Positions 48,574-59,495 of a stretch of DNA of 64,000 bases are shown in pieces. Made by a program: the position numbers and the translations under genes. The stretch is from Bacteroidaceae bacterium. GTDB lineage: Bacteria > Bacillota > Clostridia > Oscillospirales > Acutalibacteraceae. Below the pieces are notes generated by a model, which had not been told where the DNA came from, ran no database searches, and saw only the letters and a program-made list of their open reading frames with translations. Positions within the stretch are counted from its first letter, which is position 1. The number at the start of each line of letters is the position of its first letter. The stretch is taken from positions 8 to 64,007 of the forward strand of contig CAVAMJ010000013.1 in assembly GCA_963589785.1 (NCBI GenBank), written 5' to 3'.

Positions 48574-49869
48574 ATGAAAGAAGATATTTATTGCTCTTTT
48601 TGCGGCAGACCGCAAGATAGAGTTAGAAAGATAATTGCCGGAACTAAAGCAGGGACATATATCTGCGATGAATGTGTAAATATATGCCTCAGCTTGCTTG
48701 AAGAAGACGATTCTAATACTTCTGAGGTGCAACCATCAAAGGAAAAGTTCAAAACCTTACTTAAGCCACATCAAATAAAAGAAACACTCGATGAATATGT
48801 AATTGGACAAGATGATGCGAAAATTGCTTTGTCAGTAGCAGTCTATAACCATTATAAAAGAGTTGCTTTTGGTAAAGATGATGTTGAGCTTGGTAAAAGT
48901 AATGTTCTTCTTTTAGGCCCAACAGGTGTAGGCAAAACATATCTTGCACAAACTTTAGCAAAAATTCTTGATGTTCCGTTTGCAATTGCAGATGCTACAA
49001 CTCTTACTGAAGCTGGATATGTCGGAGATGACGTTGAAAATATATTGCTCAGATTAATTCAAGCAGCTGATTTTGATATTGATAAGGCTGAACGCGGAAT
49101 TATCTATGTTGACGAAATCGACAAGATTACAAGAAAGTCTGAAAGCACATCTATTACACGTGATGTAAGCGGGGAAGGTGTTCAGCAGGCTTTACTTAAA
49201 ATCCTTGAGGGTACTACAGCTTCTGTTCCTGCTAAGGGCGGAAGAAAGCACCCAATGGAAGATAATATTCTTATTGACACATCAAACATTCTCTTTATCT
49301 GTGGTGGAGCTTTCGACGGAATTGATAAAGTCATAGAGAAAAGATCCGCTTCGACTGTTTTGGGATTTACCGGTTCCGTTGTAAGTAAATCGGAAGACAA
49401 GACAAATATAATGAAGAATGTGACACCACATGACTTGGTTAAATTTGGCTTAATTCCTGAACTTGTCGGTCGTCTTCCTGTAATAACAACTCTAAACGAG
49501 CTTGATACTGATGCATTGGTAAAGATACTCACTGAACCTAAGAATTCTCTTACAGCTCAGTACAAGAAGCTACTTAAGCTAGACGGAGTTACATTGGAAT
49601 TTACTGATGATGCTCTCAAAGCTATAGCACAGAAAGCACTTGATCGAAAGACCGGTGCAAGAGGACTTCGTTCAATAGTCGAGAATATCCTTACACCTCT
49701 TATGTACAACATTCCTTCTGATCCGTCAATAGAAAAAGTGACTATTACTGAGGATGTTGTGAATTCAGGTGCTGAACCTGAACTTGTGAAGGATCCTAAC
49801 AGAGCACCTGTAAAGATTCAAATATCGGCTAATCCGAAGAGAAAATCAAGAAAGAACCCAACCGCCTAA
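48574..49869 (+). CDS. clpX: ATP-dependent Clp protease ATP-binding subunit ClpX
   Basis: Zinc finger CSFCG...CDEC, Walker A GPTGVGKT, and IYVDEIDK. Confidence 0.95.
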   Translation: MKEDIYCSFCGRPQDRVRKIIAGTKAGTYICDECVNICLSLLEEDDSNTSEVQPSKEKFKTLLKPHQIKETLDEYVIGQDDAKIALSVAVYNHYKRVAFGKDDVELGKSNVLLLGPTGVGKTYLAQTLAKILDVPFAIADATTLTEAGYVGDDVENILLRLIQAADFDIDKAERGIIYVDEIDKITRKSESTSITRDVSGEGVQQALLKILEGTTASVPAKGGRKHPMEDNILIDTSNILFICGGAFDGIDKVIEKRSASTVLGFTGSVVSKSEDKTNIMKNVTPHDLVKFGLIPELVGRLPVITTLNELDTDALVKILTEPKNSLTAQYKKLLKLDGVTLEFTDDALKAIAQKALDRKTGARGLRSIVENILTPLMYNIPSDPSIEKVTITEDVVNSGAEPELVKDPNRAPVKIQISANPKRKSRKNPTA

Positions 49870-49877
49870 AATATAAT

Positions 49878-49911
49878 AAAGACTGTGCACATTTTGTTAC
49901 ACAGTCTTTTT
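49878..49911 (+). terminator. rho-independent terminator after clpX
   Basis: Hairpin aaagactgtg / cacagtcttt plus a T-run. Confidence 0.75.
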
Positions 49912-49945
49912 GTGTTATTTTTTAGAAAGGTCTTATTACCTAATT

Positions 49946-52264
49946 ATGCCAGATAACAATTACGAATTGAATTTACCCGTACTTGCTCTGAGAGGACTTG
50001 TTGTATTCCCTGATATGGCAATACAATTTGATGTCGCTCGCAGAAAGTCGGTTAATGCTATAAGAAGAGCTTTAGAGAGTAATCGTATGATTTTTCTTCT
50101 AACGCAAAGAAATTTAGATACGGAAGATCCAAGCAGTGATAATTTATACGAAATCGGCACTGTTGCAAGAATTCGCCAAATAATCAGTGACTCTGAAGAT
50201 TCTGTAAAGGTACAAGTTACCGGTCTGTATCGTGCAAAGGTTATTAACTTTACACAGTTCAACCCATTTATCGCAGCAAATATCACTCCTTGCAAGGAAA
50301 TTGATTATAAGCCGACTGCAAAGGACAATGCCTTTATAAGAAATACTATTTCTCTGTTTGGAGAATATGCAAATTCATTTAAAGGTAACGCACCTGACTT
50401 TACAGCTGATTTTGAAAATGCAAGTTGTGGTACAGTGGCTGATTTTATTGCATCTAACTCAAATCTTACTTTTCCTACAAAGCAAGAAGTTCTTGAGGAA
50501 ATTCATCCTTTTAAAAGAATAGAGATGCTATATAAATTTATCGATGAAGAGCTTGCTGTACTCAAGATTGAGTCTGAAATTATGCGTAAAGCTCAGGAAA
50601 ATATTGATGAAAATCAGCGTGAATATGTTTTGAGAGAACAAATGAAGGTAATCGCTTCTGAACTGGGTGAGGATGATTCTCCCGAAGAAGAAGCTGATGA
50701 ACTTAGAACCTCAATCGAAAAGAGAAATATACCTGAGGAAGTAAAGTCCAAGCTTTTAAAAGAATGTGACAAGCTTCAAAAAATGCCTTATGGTTCTCAT
50801 GAAGCAAGTGTAATCAGACTTTACATAGATACTTGTCTTGAGCTCCCTTGGGATAAAAAATCTGCCGAAACAATTGATTTAAATAAAGCGAGAAAAATTC
50901 TTGATCGAGATCATTACGGCTTAAAAAAAGTCAAAGAGACAATTATCGAAAATCTTGCAGTTAAAAAGTTGTCCGGTAAAAACCCGCCGCATATTATTTG
51001 CCTTGTGGGACCTCCCGGTGTCGGCAAAACCTCCATAGGAAGATCAATAGCAGAAGCTACCGGCAGAAAATACACCAGAGTTTCTTTAGGCGGTATTCAG
51101 GACGAAGCTGATATAATGGGTCACAGAAGGACTTATGTAGGTTCTATGCCCGGCAGAATTATCAATGCTGTAAAGCAAGCTGGGGTCAACAATCCATTGA
51201 TTCTTCTTGATGAAATTGATAAACTCGGTCAAAGCTTCCGTGGAGATCCTTCATCTGCTTTGCTTGAAATTTTAGACCCGGAGCAGAACAAAACATTCTA
51301 TGACCATTATATCGATTTGCCGTTTGATTTGTCCGATGTATTGTTTATAACAACTGCAAATGATGCATCGCAAATCCCTGGGCCGCTTTTTGACAGAATG
51401 GAAGTAATTGAGCTTGGAAGCTATACCCATGATGAGAAGTTCCATATTGCAAGAGATCATTTAATTCCTAAACAGCTTGAGCTCAACGGAATAAAAAAGA
51501 GCCAGCTGAGAATTAATCCGACCGCACTTGATAAAATTATCGACGAGTATACTAAGGAAGCCGGAGTCAGAAATCTTGAAAGAACAATTTCAACAATCTG
51601 CAGAAAAACTGCCATTAAAATTCTTGATTCCGATGATTTTAGCAAAGAAACTGTAACAGTGAAAAATCTTGCTGATATTCTTGGTCCGGCAAAGTTCTTA
51701 AACCATGATAATGTATCTACTGATGAAGTCGGTTTGGTTAACGGTCTTGCGTGGACAAGCGTAGGAGGCGAACTTCTTCCAATTGAAGTTGCTGTTATGC
51801 CTGGAACAGGCAAAATTCAGCTGACCGGTTCATTAGGTGATGTCATGAAAGAATCAGCAAGTGCTGCTATAACTTGTGTTAGAACCATGGCTGATAAGTA
51901 TGATATTGATTCATCGTTCTATTCAAAATACGATATTCACATTCATGCTCCCGAAGGTGCTATTCCAAAAGACGGACCTTCTGCCGGTGTAGCAATGGCG
52001 ACAGCTGTATTTTCTGCACTGAAAGGAAGACCGATTCGACACGATGTAGCTATGACAGGTGAAATTACTTTACAGGGCAGAGTTCTTGCAATCGGCGGTC
52101 TAAAAGAAAAATCGATGGCTGCATATAAGAACGGAATTAAAACTGTCCTCATTCCACAGGATAACGTCCCGGATTTAAGTGAAATCGACAAAGTTGTTTT
52201 AGATAATGTAAAGTTCATCCCCATGTCAAAGGTTAACACAGCATGGGAAAATGCTGTTTTGTGA
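49946..52264 (+). CDS. lon: endopeptidase La (Lon protease)
   Basis: LPVLALRGLVVFP N-domain, Walker A GPPGVGKTS, and proteolytic DGPSAGVAM. The ATG at 49946 lies downstream of the clpX terminator. Confidence 0.95.
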   Translation: MPDNNYELNLPVLALRGLVVFPDMAIQFDVARRKSVNAIRRALESNRMIFLLTQRNLDTEDPSSDNLYEIGTVARIRQIISDSEDSVKVQVTGLYRAKVINFTQFNPFIAANITPCKEIDYKPTAKDNAFIRNTISLFGEYANSFKGNAPDFTADFENASCGTVADFIASNSNLTFPTKQEVLEEIHPFKRIEMLYKFIDEELAVLKIESEIMRKAQENIDENQREYVLREQMKVIASELGEDDSPEEEADELRTSIEKRNIPEEVKSKLLKECDKLQKMPYGSHEASVIRLYIDTCLELPWDKKSAETIDLNKARKILDRDHYGLKKVKETIIENLAVKKLSGKNPPHIICLVGPPGVGKTSIGRSIAEATGRKYTRVSLGGIQDEADIMGHRRTYVGSMPGRIINAVKQAGVNNPLILLDEIDKLGQSFRGDPSSALLEILDPEQNKTFYDHYIDLPFDLSDVLFITTANDASQIPGPLFDRMEVIELGSYTHDEKFHIARDHLIPKQLELNGIKKSQLRINPTALDKIIDEYTKEAGVRNLERTISTICRKTAIKILDSDDFSKETVTVKNLADILGPAKFLNHDNVSTDEVGLVNGLAWTSVGGELLPIEVAVMPGTGKIQLTGSLGDVMKESASAAITCVRTMADKYDIDSSFYSKYDIHIHAPEGAIPKDGPSAGVAMATAVFSALKGRPIRHDVAMTGEITLQGRVLAIGGLKEKSMAAYKNGIKTVLIPQDNVPDLSEIDKVVLDNVKFIPMSKVNTAWENAVL

Positions 52265-52270
52265 GGTAAT

Positions 52271-52855
52271 ATGAATTTTAATAAAGCAGATTTTGAATTT
52301 TCAGCTGGTGAAATCAAACAGATGCCAAAGTCTGACTTGCCTGAAATCGTTTTTTCTGGAAAGTCAAATGTAGGAAAATCATCATTGATTAATAAGTTGT
52401 TGAACAGAAAATCATTAGCAAGAGTTAGTGCCAGCCCAGGTAAAACCGCAACAATCAATTCATACATGGTTGATACTTGCAGATTTATTGATTTACCCGG
52501 TTACGGATATGCTAAGGTTTCACATAACGAGAAAATGAAATGGGCAAAGCTCATAGAGTCGTATTTTAACTCTGATAGACAGATAAAGCTAATTGTTCAA
52601 ATTATCGATATTCGCCACGAGCCGTCAGCACAGGATTTTGATATGATTAATTATCTTATCGAAAGAGATCTGCCGTTTATGTGTGCACTAACTAAAATTG
52701 ATAAATTGAATAAAACCGAAACGACAAAGCAGCTTGCTTATTTTGATAACCTTTTAACACCAAACGAAATTCCTTATATTGGTGTTTCTTCTGTTAAAGG
52801 TACTGGAATTGATGAGCTAAAAGGCATTATTACTTCTTATGCTGAGGGTAATTAA
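52271..52855 (+). CDS. engB: ribosome biogenesis GTP-binding protein YsxC/EngB
   Basis: GKSNVGKSSLIN...DLPGYGYA...TKIDK. Confidence 0.9.
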   Translation: MNFNKADFEFSAGEIKQMPKSDLPEIVFSGKSNVGKSSLINKLLNRKSLARVSASPGKTATINSYMVDTCRFIDLPGYGYAKVSHNEKMKWAKLIESYFNSDRQIKLIVQIIDIRHEPSAQDFDMINYLIERDLPFMCALTKIDKLNKTETTKQLAYFDNLLTPNEIPYIGVSSVKGTGIDELKGIITSYAEGN

Positions 52856-52888
52856 GAGCCTAGACTGTAAAGCAAAATGAATTAACCT

Positions 52889-52925
52889 AAAATCGTCATT
52901 TACTTAACTGTAAGTGACGATTTTT
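52889..52925 (+). terminator. rho-independent terminator after engB
   Basis: 15-bp stem aaaatcgtcatttac / gtaagtgacgatttt (one G-U pair) running into a T-run. Confidence 0.8.
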
Positions 52926-52954
52926 ATATTAATGAATTTTCTTAAAAAATACCC

Positions 52955-52983
52955 TTGACATTTTAGTTATGTTTTAGTATGAT
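52955..52983 (+). promoter_or_regulatory. sigma-A promoter of the leu operon leader
   Basis: TTGACA (52955..52960), a 17-nt spacer, then TATGAT (52978..52983). Confidence 0.7.
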
Positions 52984-53009
52984 TATTTCAATAAATTTAT
53001 TGATAGTGA

Positions 53010-53276
53010 TTAATGCGATGAAACGGGATAAAGTAGTTGCGGAAAGTATTCAGAGAGCTGTCGGTTGGTGCGAGACAGTTGCGGAAAACAGTGAAACTCG
53101 CCCGATGAGCAGCCGGCTGAAGGTTTTAAACTCTAGGTTAGGACGGTATCCCACCGATATTTGGGAGATACATTGTGCAGATGTATTTGAGTGGTTGTTT
53201 ATACAACAAGATAGAGTGGTACCGCGGAAGTTAGCTTTCGTCTCTTTTGATAAAACAAGAGACGAAAGCTTTTTTA
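53010..53276 (+). promoter_or_regulatory. T-box riboswitch leader, leucine specifier (CUC)
   Basis: Stem I begins gcgatga (GA/K-turn). AGAGAG box at 53052. Distal GGTGCGAG. Specifier-loop gaaaCTCg with CTC at 53097..53099. T-box sequence GAGTGGTACCGCGG at 53212..53227. Terminator agctttcgtctctt / aagagacgaaagct plus T6 at 53233..53276. Confidence 0.85.
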
Positions 53277-53341
53277 TTAACTTTTTCTTGTGTTCAACTG
53301 TTCTGCACGTCAAATGAATTATTAATTGGAGGATTAAACTC

Positions 53342-54856
53342 ATGTCTAAAATGATTAAAATATTCGATACAACACTCAGAGATGGCGAACAGTCTCCGGG
53401 CTGTAGCATGAATCTTTCGGAAAAGTTGGAGGTTGCTCGACAGCTTGAAGCTTTAGGCGTAGATATCATTGAAGCCGGTTTTGCGATTGCTTCTCCTGGT
53501 GATGCAGCCGCTATTGCAGCAATTTCCGAAGCTGTTAAGAATTCAACAGTTTGTTCACTTGCTCGTACAGTTGAAAAAGATATTGATGCTGCTTATCACG
53601 CAATAGAGAAAGCTGTAGATCCCAGAATTCATACTTTTATAGCTACAAGCCCAATTCACATGGAGTATAAGCTTCGAATGACACCTGAAGAGGTACTTGA
53701 ATGTGCAGTTCATCATGTTGAGTACGCAAAGAAATACCTTTCGAACATTGAATTCTCTGCAGAAGATGCTACTCGTTCCGATCCGGATTTCCTCTGCAAG
53801 ATTTTTGGTGCAGTTATCAAAGCCGGAGCTACAACTCTTAATATTCCTGACACAACAGGATATATGGTTCCAGATGAATATGCAAATTTGGTAAGATATA
53901 TTCGTGAACATACAGAAGGTGTTGAGAATGTAACTCTTTCATGCCACAATCATAATGACCTTGGTATGGGTGTTGCAACTTCACTGGCTGCTGTTCAGGC
54001 TGGTATCGGTCAGATTGAGTGTACAATTAACGGAATAGGCGAGCGTGCCGGAAATGCATCTCTTGAAGAAATCGTTATGGCACTCAAAACCCGCAAGGAT
54101 TATTTTGACGCTGATACAAGAATTGATACCAAGCAGATTTACAGATCCAGCCGAATGATTGAGACAATAACCGGTGTCGCAATTGCACCGACTAAGCCGA
54201 TTGTGGGAGCAAATGCATTCGCTCATGAATCCGGTATTCATCAGCATGGAGTTTTGAGCAATACTCAGACATACGAAATTATGACTCCTGATTCAGTTGG
54301 AATTCCAAAGAATGCAATTGTTCTCGGAAAGCATTCAGGCAGACATGCTTTTGAAGCTCGTTTGATAGAACTCGGTTATACATTAAGCAAAGATAAATTA
54401 GACAAGGCTTTTGAGAAATTCAAGGTTCTTGCTGATAAGAAAAAGGTAGTAAAAGACAGAGATCTTGAGGCGATAATCGGAGTAGTACCTGTATCGGGCG
54501 AACTTCGTTATACACTTAAAGATTATGTTATTACAAGTGGCAATACTATCAGCACTACCGCTGTTATTAAATTAAGCCGTGGCGATAAAATTTACGAAAA
54601 AGTCGCTTTAAGTGACGGACCTATTAATGCTTCTTTTGCAGCTATTAATAAGATAGTAGGTTATAAAATTACTTTACATGACTATTCTCTCAAAGCACTT
54701 ACAGACGGTAAGGATGCACAAAGTGAAGCAGTCGTGAAAATCAGCTTTAACGAAAGCAAAGAAGTTATCACTGGACGCGGTGTTTCAACCGATATAGTAG
54801 AGGCGTCAATTAAAGCCTATGTAAACGGTATCAATAAATATCTTGATAATAAATAA
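53342..54856 (+). CDS. leuA: 2-isopropylmalate synthase
   Basis: [14 protein letters not shown]...HNHNDLGM...HESGIH, plus a C-terminal LeuA regulatory domain. Confidence 0.95.
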   Translation: MSKMIKIFDTTLRDGEQSPGCSMNLSEKLEVARQLEALGVDIIEAGFAIASPGDAAAIAAISEAVKNSTVCSLARTVEKDIDAAYHAIEKAVDPRIHTFIATSPIHMEYKLRMTPEEVLECAVHHVEYAKKYLSNIEFSAEDATRSDPDFLCKIFGAVIKAGATTLNIPDTTGYMVPDEYANLVRYIREHTEGVENVTLSCHNHNDLGMGVATSLAAVQAGIGQIECTINGIGERAGNASLEEIVMALKTRKDYFDADTRIDTKQIYRSSRMIETITGVAIAPTKPIVGANAFAHESGIHQHGVLSNTQTYEIMTPDSVGIPKNAIVLGKHSGRHAFEARLIELGYTLSKDKLDKAFEKFKVLADKKKVVKDRDLEAIIGVVPVSGELRYTLKDYVITSGNTISTTAVIKLSRGDKIYEKVALSDGPINASFAAINKIVGYKITLHDYSLKALTDGKDAQSEAVVKISFNESKEVITGRGVSTDIVEASIKAYVNGINKYLDNK

Positions 54857-54878
54857 AAAGAAAAGAGAGGAAAACTTT

Positions 54879-56141
54879 ATGGGAATGACAATGAGCCAAA
54901 AGATTTTGGCAAAGCATGCCGGTTTGGAAACTGTAACAGCCGGACAACTTATCGAAGCTAATCTGGATTTGACATTGGCTAACGATATTACAGGTCCTGT
55001 TTCTATCCGTGAGCTTGAAAAAGCCGGATTTGACAAGGTCTTTGATAAAACTAAAATAGCACTTGTTATGGATCACTTTGCTCCAAATAAGGATATTAAA
55101 TCCGCTGAGCAGTGCCTTCAGTGCCGTAACTTCGCAAATGAACATGAAATTGTAAACTTTTTCGATGTAGGCACAATGGGTATTGAGCATGCACTTCTTC
55201 CTGAAAAAGGACTTGTAGGTCCCGGAGAACTCATTATCGGTGCAGACTCGCATACATGTACATATGGAGCTTTAGGTGCTTTCTCCACAGGTGTTGGCTC
55301 TACTGATCTTGCAGCCGGTATGGCTACAGGAAAGGCTTGGTTCCGTGTACCTTCTGCTATCAAGTGTAATTTAGTCGGATCACTTCCGAAATACGTATCA
55401 GGTAAAGATGTCATTTTACACTTTATAGGAATGATTGGCGTTGACGGAGCGCTTTACCGTTCAATCGAATTTGCCGGTGAGGGTGTTTCTTCATTATCAA
55501 TGGACGATCGTTTCACCATCTGCAACATGGCAATTGAAGCCGGTGCTAAAAACGGTATTTTCCCTGTTGACGAGAAAACAAAGGAGTATATTTCAGGAAG
55601 AATTAATCGTGAAGTTACTGCTTATGAAGCTGACGAAGATGCTGTTTATGATGAAGAATATACAATTGACTTATCAAAATTAAGACCAACTGTAGCATGT
55701 CCTCATCTTCCTGAAAACACAAAGACCGTAGATGAGCTTGGTAAAATTGAGATTCAGCAGTCTGTTATCGGTTCTTGCACAAACGGACGCATTCAGGATA
55801 TGAGAGATGCTGCCGCTATTCTCAAGGGAAGAAAAGTTAAAAAGACAGTTCGCACTATCGTTATCCCTGCAACTCAGGCGGTCTATTTACAGTGCATTGA
55901 AGAAGGTCTTGCAAAAATCTTTGTTGAAGCAGGAGCAATCTTGTCAACTCCTACTTGCGGACCATGCCTTGGTGGTCATATGGGTATTTTGGCACACGGA
56001 GAGAGAGCTGTGTCAACTACAAACCGCAACTTTGTAGGTCGTATGGGACATGTTACATCTGAAATTTATCTTGCAAATCCGTCAGTAGCCGCCGCTTCTG
56101 CAATCACTGGCTATATTACGGATCCGGCAGAGCTTGATTGA
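54879..56141 (+). CDS. leuC: 3-isopropylmalate dehydratase large subunit
   Basis: Aconitase-family motifs (GADSHT, GSCTNGR, TCGPCLG). About 420-aa short form. Confidence 0.9.
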   Translation: MGMTMSQKILAKHAGLETVTAGQLIEANLDLTLANDITGPVSIRELEKAGFDKVFDKTKIALVMDHFAPNKDIKSAEQCLQCRNFANEHEIVNFFDVGTMGIEHALLPEKGLVGPGELIIGADSHTCTYGALGAFSTGVGSTDLAAGMATGKAWFRVPSAIKCNLVGSLPKYVSGKDVILHFIGMIGVDGALYRSIEFAGEGVSSLSMDDRFTICNMAIEAGAKNGIFPVDEKTKEYISGRINREVTAYEADEDAVYDEEYTIDLSKLRPTVACPHLPENTKTVDELGKIEIQQSVIGSCTNGRIQDMRDAAAILKGRKVKKTVRTIVIPATQAVYLQCIEEGLAKIFVEAGAILSTPTCGPCLGGHMGILAHGERAVSTTNRNFVGRMGHVTSEIYLANPSVAAASAITGYITDPAELD

Positions 56142-56159
56142 GAAAGGAGTGCATAACAA

Positions 56160-56654
56160 ATGAAAGCAAAGGGAAAAGTATTCAAGTACGGAGATAATGT
56201 TGATACAGATGTTATCATTCCGGCTCGTTATCTTAACATAGCAGATCCTGCAGAGCTTGCTACACACGCAATGGAGGATATTGATACAGAGTTTGTAAAA
56301 AATGTTCAGAAGGGCGATATCATGGTCGCTACAAAGAACTTTGGATGCGGCTCATCTCGTGAGCATGCACCTCAGGTTATTCGCGACAACGGTATATCTT
56401 GTGTTATTGCTTCATCTTTCGCAAGAATTTTCTATCGCAGTTCCATCAATATCGGTTTACCGATTTTGGAAAGCGAGGAAGCAGCAAATGCTATTTCAAA
56501 CGGTGATGAAGTAGAAGTTGATTTCGACTCAGGTGTTATTACTGATTTAACAACAGGGGAGACATTCCAGACAGCAGCTTTCCCACCATTCCTTCAGAAT
56601 ATTATTCAGTCAGGCGGACTTCTTAAGAGCTTGAAAGAAAGAGAGAATAACTAA
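56160..56654 (+). CDS. leuD: 3-isopropylmalate dehydratase small subunit
   Basis: 164 aa. [14 protein letters not shown]...[10 protein letters not shown]. Confidence 0.9.
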   Translation: MKAKGKVFKYGDNVDTDVIIPARYLNIADPAELATHAMEDIDTEFVKNVQKGDIMVATKNFGCGSSREHAPQVIRDNGISCVIASSFARIFYRSSINIGLPILESEEAANAISNGDEVEVDFDSGVITDLTTGETFQTAAFPPFLQNIIQSGGLLKSLKERENN

Positions 56655-56656
56655 CC

Positions 56657-57730
56657 ATGAATTACAATATTGCAGTAGTTAAAGGTGACGGTATCGGACC
56701 TGAGATTGTCACCGAAGCTATGAAGGTACTCGAAGCTGTCGGCACAAAATATGGACACACCTTCAACTTTAAAGAATGTTTAGCAGGCGGATGTGCTATT
56801 GACGAATTCGGCATTCCTCTGCCACAGGAAACATTAGACATTTGCAAGTCTTCTGATTCTGTTTTGCTTGGTGCTGTAGGCGGTCCGAAATGGGATACAG
56901 TAGAATCAAGTAAGCGTCCTGAGCGTGCTCTTCTGGGACTTCGTTCTGAGCTTGGACTTTTCGTGAATTTGCGTCCTGCCCAGATGCATGCTGCATTAGC
57001 AGATGCTTGTCCGATTAAGCCTGAAATTATCGGTGACGGATTTGATATTCTTGTTTGCCGTGAGCTCACAGGTGACGTATACTTCGGCAAAAGAGGCCGT
57101 CGTGATTCCGAGCTTGGTGTAACCGGCTGGGACGACATGAATTACTCTGTTACAGAGGTTGAAAGAATCGGGCGTCGAGCTTTTGATATGGCTCGCAAGC
57201 GCAGAAACAAAGTCACTTCTGTAGACAAGGCAAATGTACTTGAGACATCTCGTGTATGGCGTGAAACAATGCATAAGCTTGCCGCAGAATATCCGGATGT
57301 TGAATATCAGGATATGTATGTTGATAACTGTGCTATGCAGTTGGTTCGTAACCCCGGACAGTTTGATGTTATCGTTACCGGAAATCTTTTCGGAGATATT
57401 CTTTCCGACGAGGCAAGTATGATTACAGGTTCAATCGGAATGTTGCCTTCTGCTTCTATCGGCAAAACTACTTTGGGAATGTATGAGCCAATCCATGGTT
57501 CTGCTCCTGACATTGCCGGAAAGGGCATCGCAAATCCTATTGCAACTATTCTTTCAACCGCAATGATGCTTCGCTATTCATTTAATCTTTCAGATGAAGC
57601 AGATGCAATTGAAGCAGCTTGTGAGAAGGCTCTTAATGACGGACATCGCACAGCAGATATAGCAAAGAATGGTGAAAAGGTTCTTTCTACTTCTGAAATG
57701 GGTGATATTGTTTGCCAGCATCTTAAATAA
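56657..57730 (+). CDS. leuB: 3-isopropylmalate dehydrogenase
   Basis: IAVVKGDGIGPEI...NLFGDILSDEASMITGSIGMLPSAS. Confidence 0.95.
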   Translation: MNYNIAVVKGDGIGPEIVTEAMKVLEAVGTKYGHTFNFKECLAGGCAIDEFGIPLPQETLDICKSSDSVLLGAVGGPKWDTVESSKRPERALLGLRSELGLFVNLRPAQMHAALADACPIKPEIIGDGFDILVCRELTGDVYFGKRGRRDSELGVTGWDDMNYSVTEVERIGRRAFDMARKRRNKVTSVDKANVLETSRVWRETMHKLAAEYPDVEYQDMYVDNCAMQLVRNPGQFDVIVTGNLFGDILSDEASMITGSIGMLPSASIGKTTLGMYEPIHGSAPDIAGKGIANPIATILSTAMMLRYSFNLSDEADAIEAACEKALNDGHRTADIAKNGEKVLSTSEMGDIVCQHLK

Positions 57731-57735
57731 TCACT

Positions 57736-57771
57736 AAAAACCGACTTTGTTTAAAGCAGAGTCGGTTTTTT
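57736..57771 (+). terminator. rho-independent terminator after leuB
   Basis: Hairpin aaaaaccgact / agtcggttttt plus a T-run. Confidence 0.8.
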
Positions 57772-57844
57772 GTTTGCATAAAAACTTCGCTATTAAAAAT
57801 GTCTTTCTGCAAATTGATTGAAAATAAGTAATAATTTTAACATC

Positions 57845-57878
57845 AAAAAGACACTGTTTACAAAAGCAGTGTCTTTTT
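57845..57878 (+). terminator. second, orphan terminator-like hairpin
   Basis: Hairpin aaaaagacactg / cagtgtcttttt, with no ORF between it and the leuB terminator. Confidence 0.5.
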
Positions 57879-57927
57879 CTAAATTTCGCACCACTTTATT
57901 GTTTTCCATACACAGCCCAGTAGAACG

Positions 57928-57955
57928 TTGACATTAACACTCGTTGCACTATAAT
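57928..57955 (+). promoter_or_regulatory. consensus sigma-A promoter upstream of the degraded GT2/ABC locus
   Basis: TTGACA (57928..57933), a 16-nt spacer, then TATAAT (57950..57955). Confidence 0.6.
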
Positions 57956-58105
57956 ATACAGTATAATGCTATATATGTTAATTTAAATAGTGTGTTTTAC
58001 ATGAACAAACTTAAAAATAATATCATCATATATTAGAGGTTCCATAAAAGCTTTAAACAATATTCTGCTGACTTCAATTACTCGAAATACAGGAGGATAT
58101 TAGAA

Positions 58106-59483
58106 ATGATCTCTATAATTGTACCCACCCATAACAGACAATCCTATTTAGAAAATACGCTTTATTGCTCTATCCAATCAAAAGCATATAGATAATAGTG
58201 AATTTGAAGTCATAGTAGTCGATGATGCTTCCGAAGATGAAACAGAAGAAATAGTTAAACCATTCTTTAATTTAATCAACTTAGTTTACATTAAAATAGA
58301 AAGCTCTCATGGCAATCCCAGTCTTGTTAGAAATGTAGGTATAAAAAACGCAAAAGGAAAATTAATATCTTTTATTGATTGTGGTGTTGTTATGAACTGT
58401 GATTTCGTTGCAACACTTATACATAAGTATTGTGAATCTGACAATGTGTTTGTAATTCATGAAATATATGGTTTATTTGCCGATGTAGACATGAAAATGG
58501 AGAAATACACATCGGAATTACTTTCACTAAAAGAGTCTAAACAATTCACAAAAATGCTTAAAGAGTATTCATATTCATCAAAGTGGGTTGATCGTCGAAA
58601 AGAACTATTTTCAAGTACCATAGTATATACTCCTTGGTGCTATGCTTGGTCATGTGCTTTAACTGTTTCGAAAGAAATAATTGAAAAAAGCGGGTTATTT
58701 GATGAGTCATTCAAAGGCTGGGGTTCTGAAGATGTTGATTTTGGTTACAGATGTTATTTACATGGCGCTAATTTTATTTTCGATGACACAAACCCTCTTT
58801 TTCATATACCTCATCCTACTGCTCCCAGCAAAGACAAGGAAAAAAGCAATAGAGATAATCGATTAATAATGCATGAGAAAAACTATGCCTTCGAAACTGA
58901 AATATTTGTATACACCTTTAGCACACATATGCAAGCAATTATGTCTTTTTATGACAGCCTCATATTAAGACATGTCCTTCCTGAATATAATAAAGAATTA
59001 TGGAATAAATTTAAGTCGGATTTTTTATGCAATGAAATCATTAGAAAAGCCTTATTCATAGGTGCAGCTACTGCAGAACCTATCGAATCATTAGGCTTTA
59101 TTACCCATGCATTTTACCTTAATAAAAAACAAAATGCTATGCTACAAACTTCAAACCTGAATGTTCAATTAGAAAATCAACTTGGTTGCTCAACAAAATA
59201 TACTGAGCACTACTTTGATGCAATTGTTATTACAGATATTTATAGAATTCTAACGGACACATATTTGATTCCCTTTTTAAAAGAAATGAACAGGATTGGA
59301 AAAAAGATTTACTTAACTTACAACAAATCCTATGCGCCTTATGGTGTTAATATGTATGGGCTTGTATGGAGAAATTCACAAAACATTATCGATATTCTTC
59401 CGAACAACTTAAAGTTAGTAAAAGTCCAAGAAGTATCCGATACTGTCATCTACAGTTTAGAAGATAATGATTATCAAGCATAA
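58106..59483 (+). pseudogene. family-2 glycosyltransferase with extra C-terminal domain, frameshifted near the 5' end
   Basis: AGGAGG RBS plus MISIIVPTHNRQSYLENTL, then the frame is lost at the T-run 58161..58163. The +1 frame continues IALSNQKHIDNSEFEVIVVDDASEDETEE...GSEDVDFGYRC. Removing one T restores a canonical GT2 N-terminus. Confidence 0.75.
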
Positions 59484-59495
59484 AAAGAGGGAAAA

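Noticed and set aside
49910-49945. Upstream starts from the ORF track for lon (49910), clpP (47899), rplS (41328), rsgA (37103), def (30581) and rlmN (33287)
   Set aside because: These extensions add non-homologous residues. In several cases they overlap terminators or the preceding gene. Downstream ATGs with an RBS give canonical N-termini.
52979-53469. ORFs 52979..53317 (+, 112 aa) and 53050..53469 (-, 139 aa) from the six-frame track
   Set aside because: They overlap the T-box leader RNA and the start of leuA, and have no RBS or protein-like composition. They are treated as non-coding.
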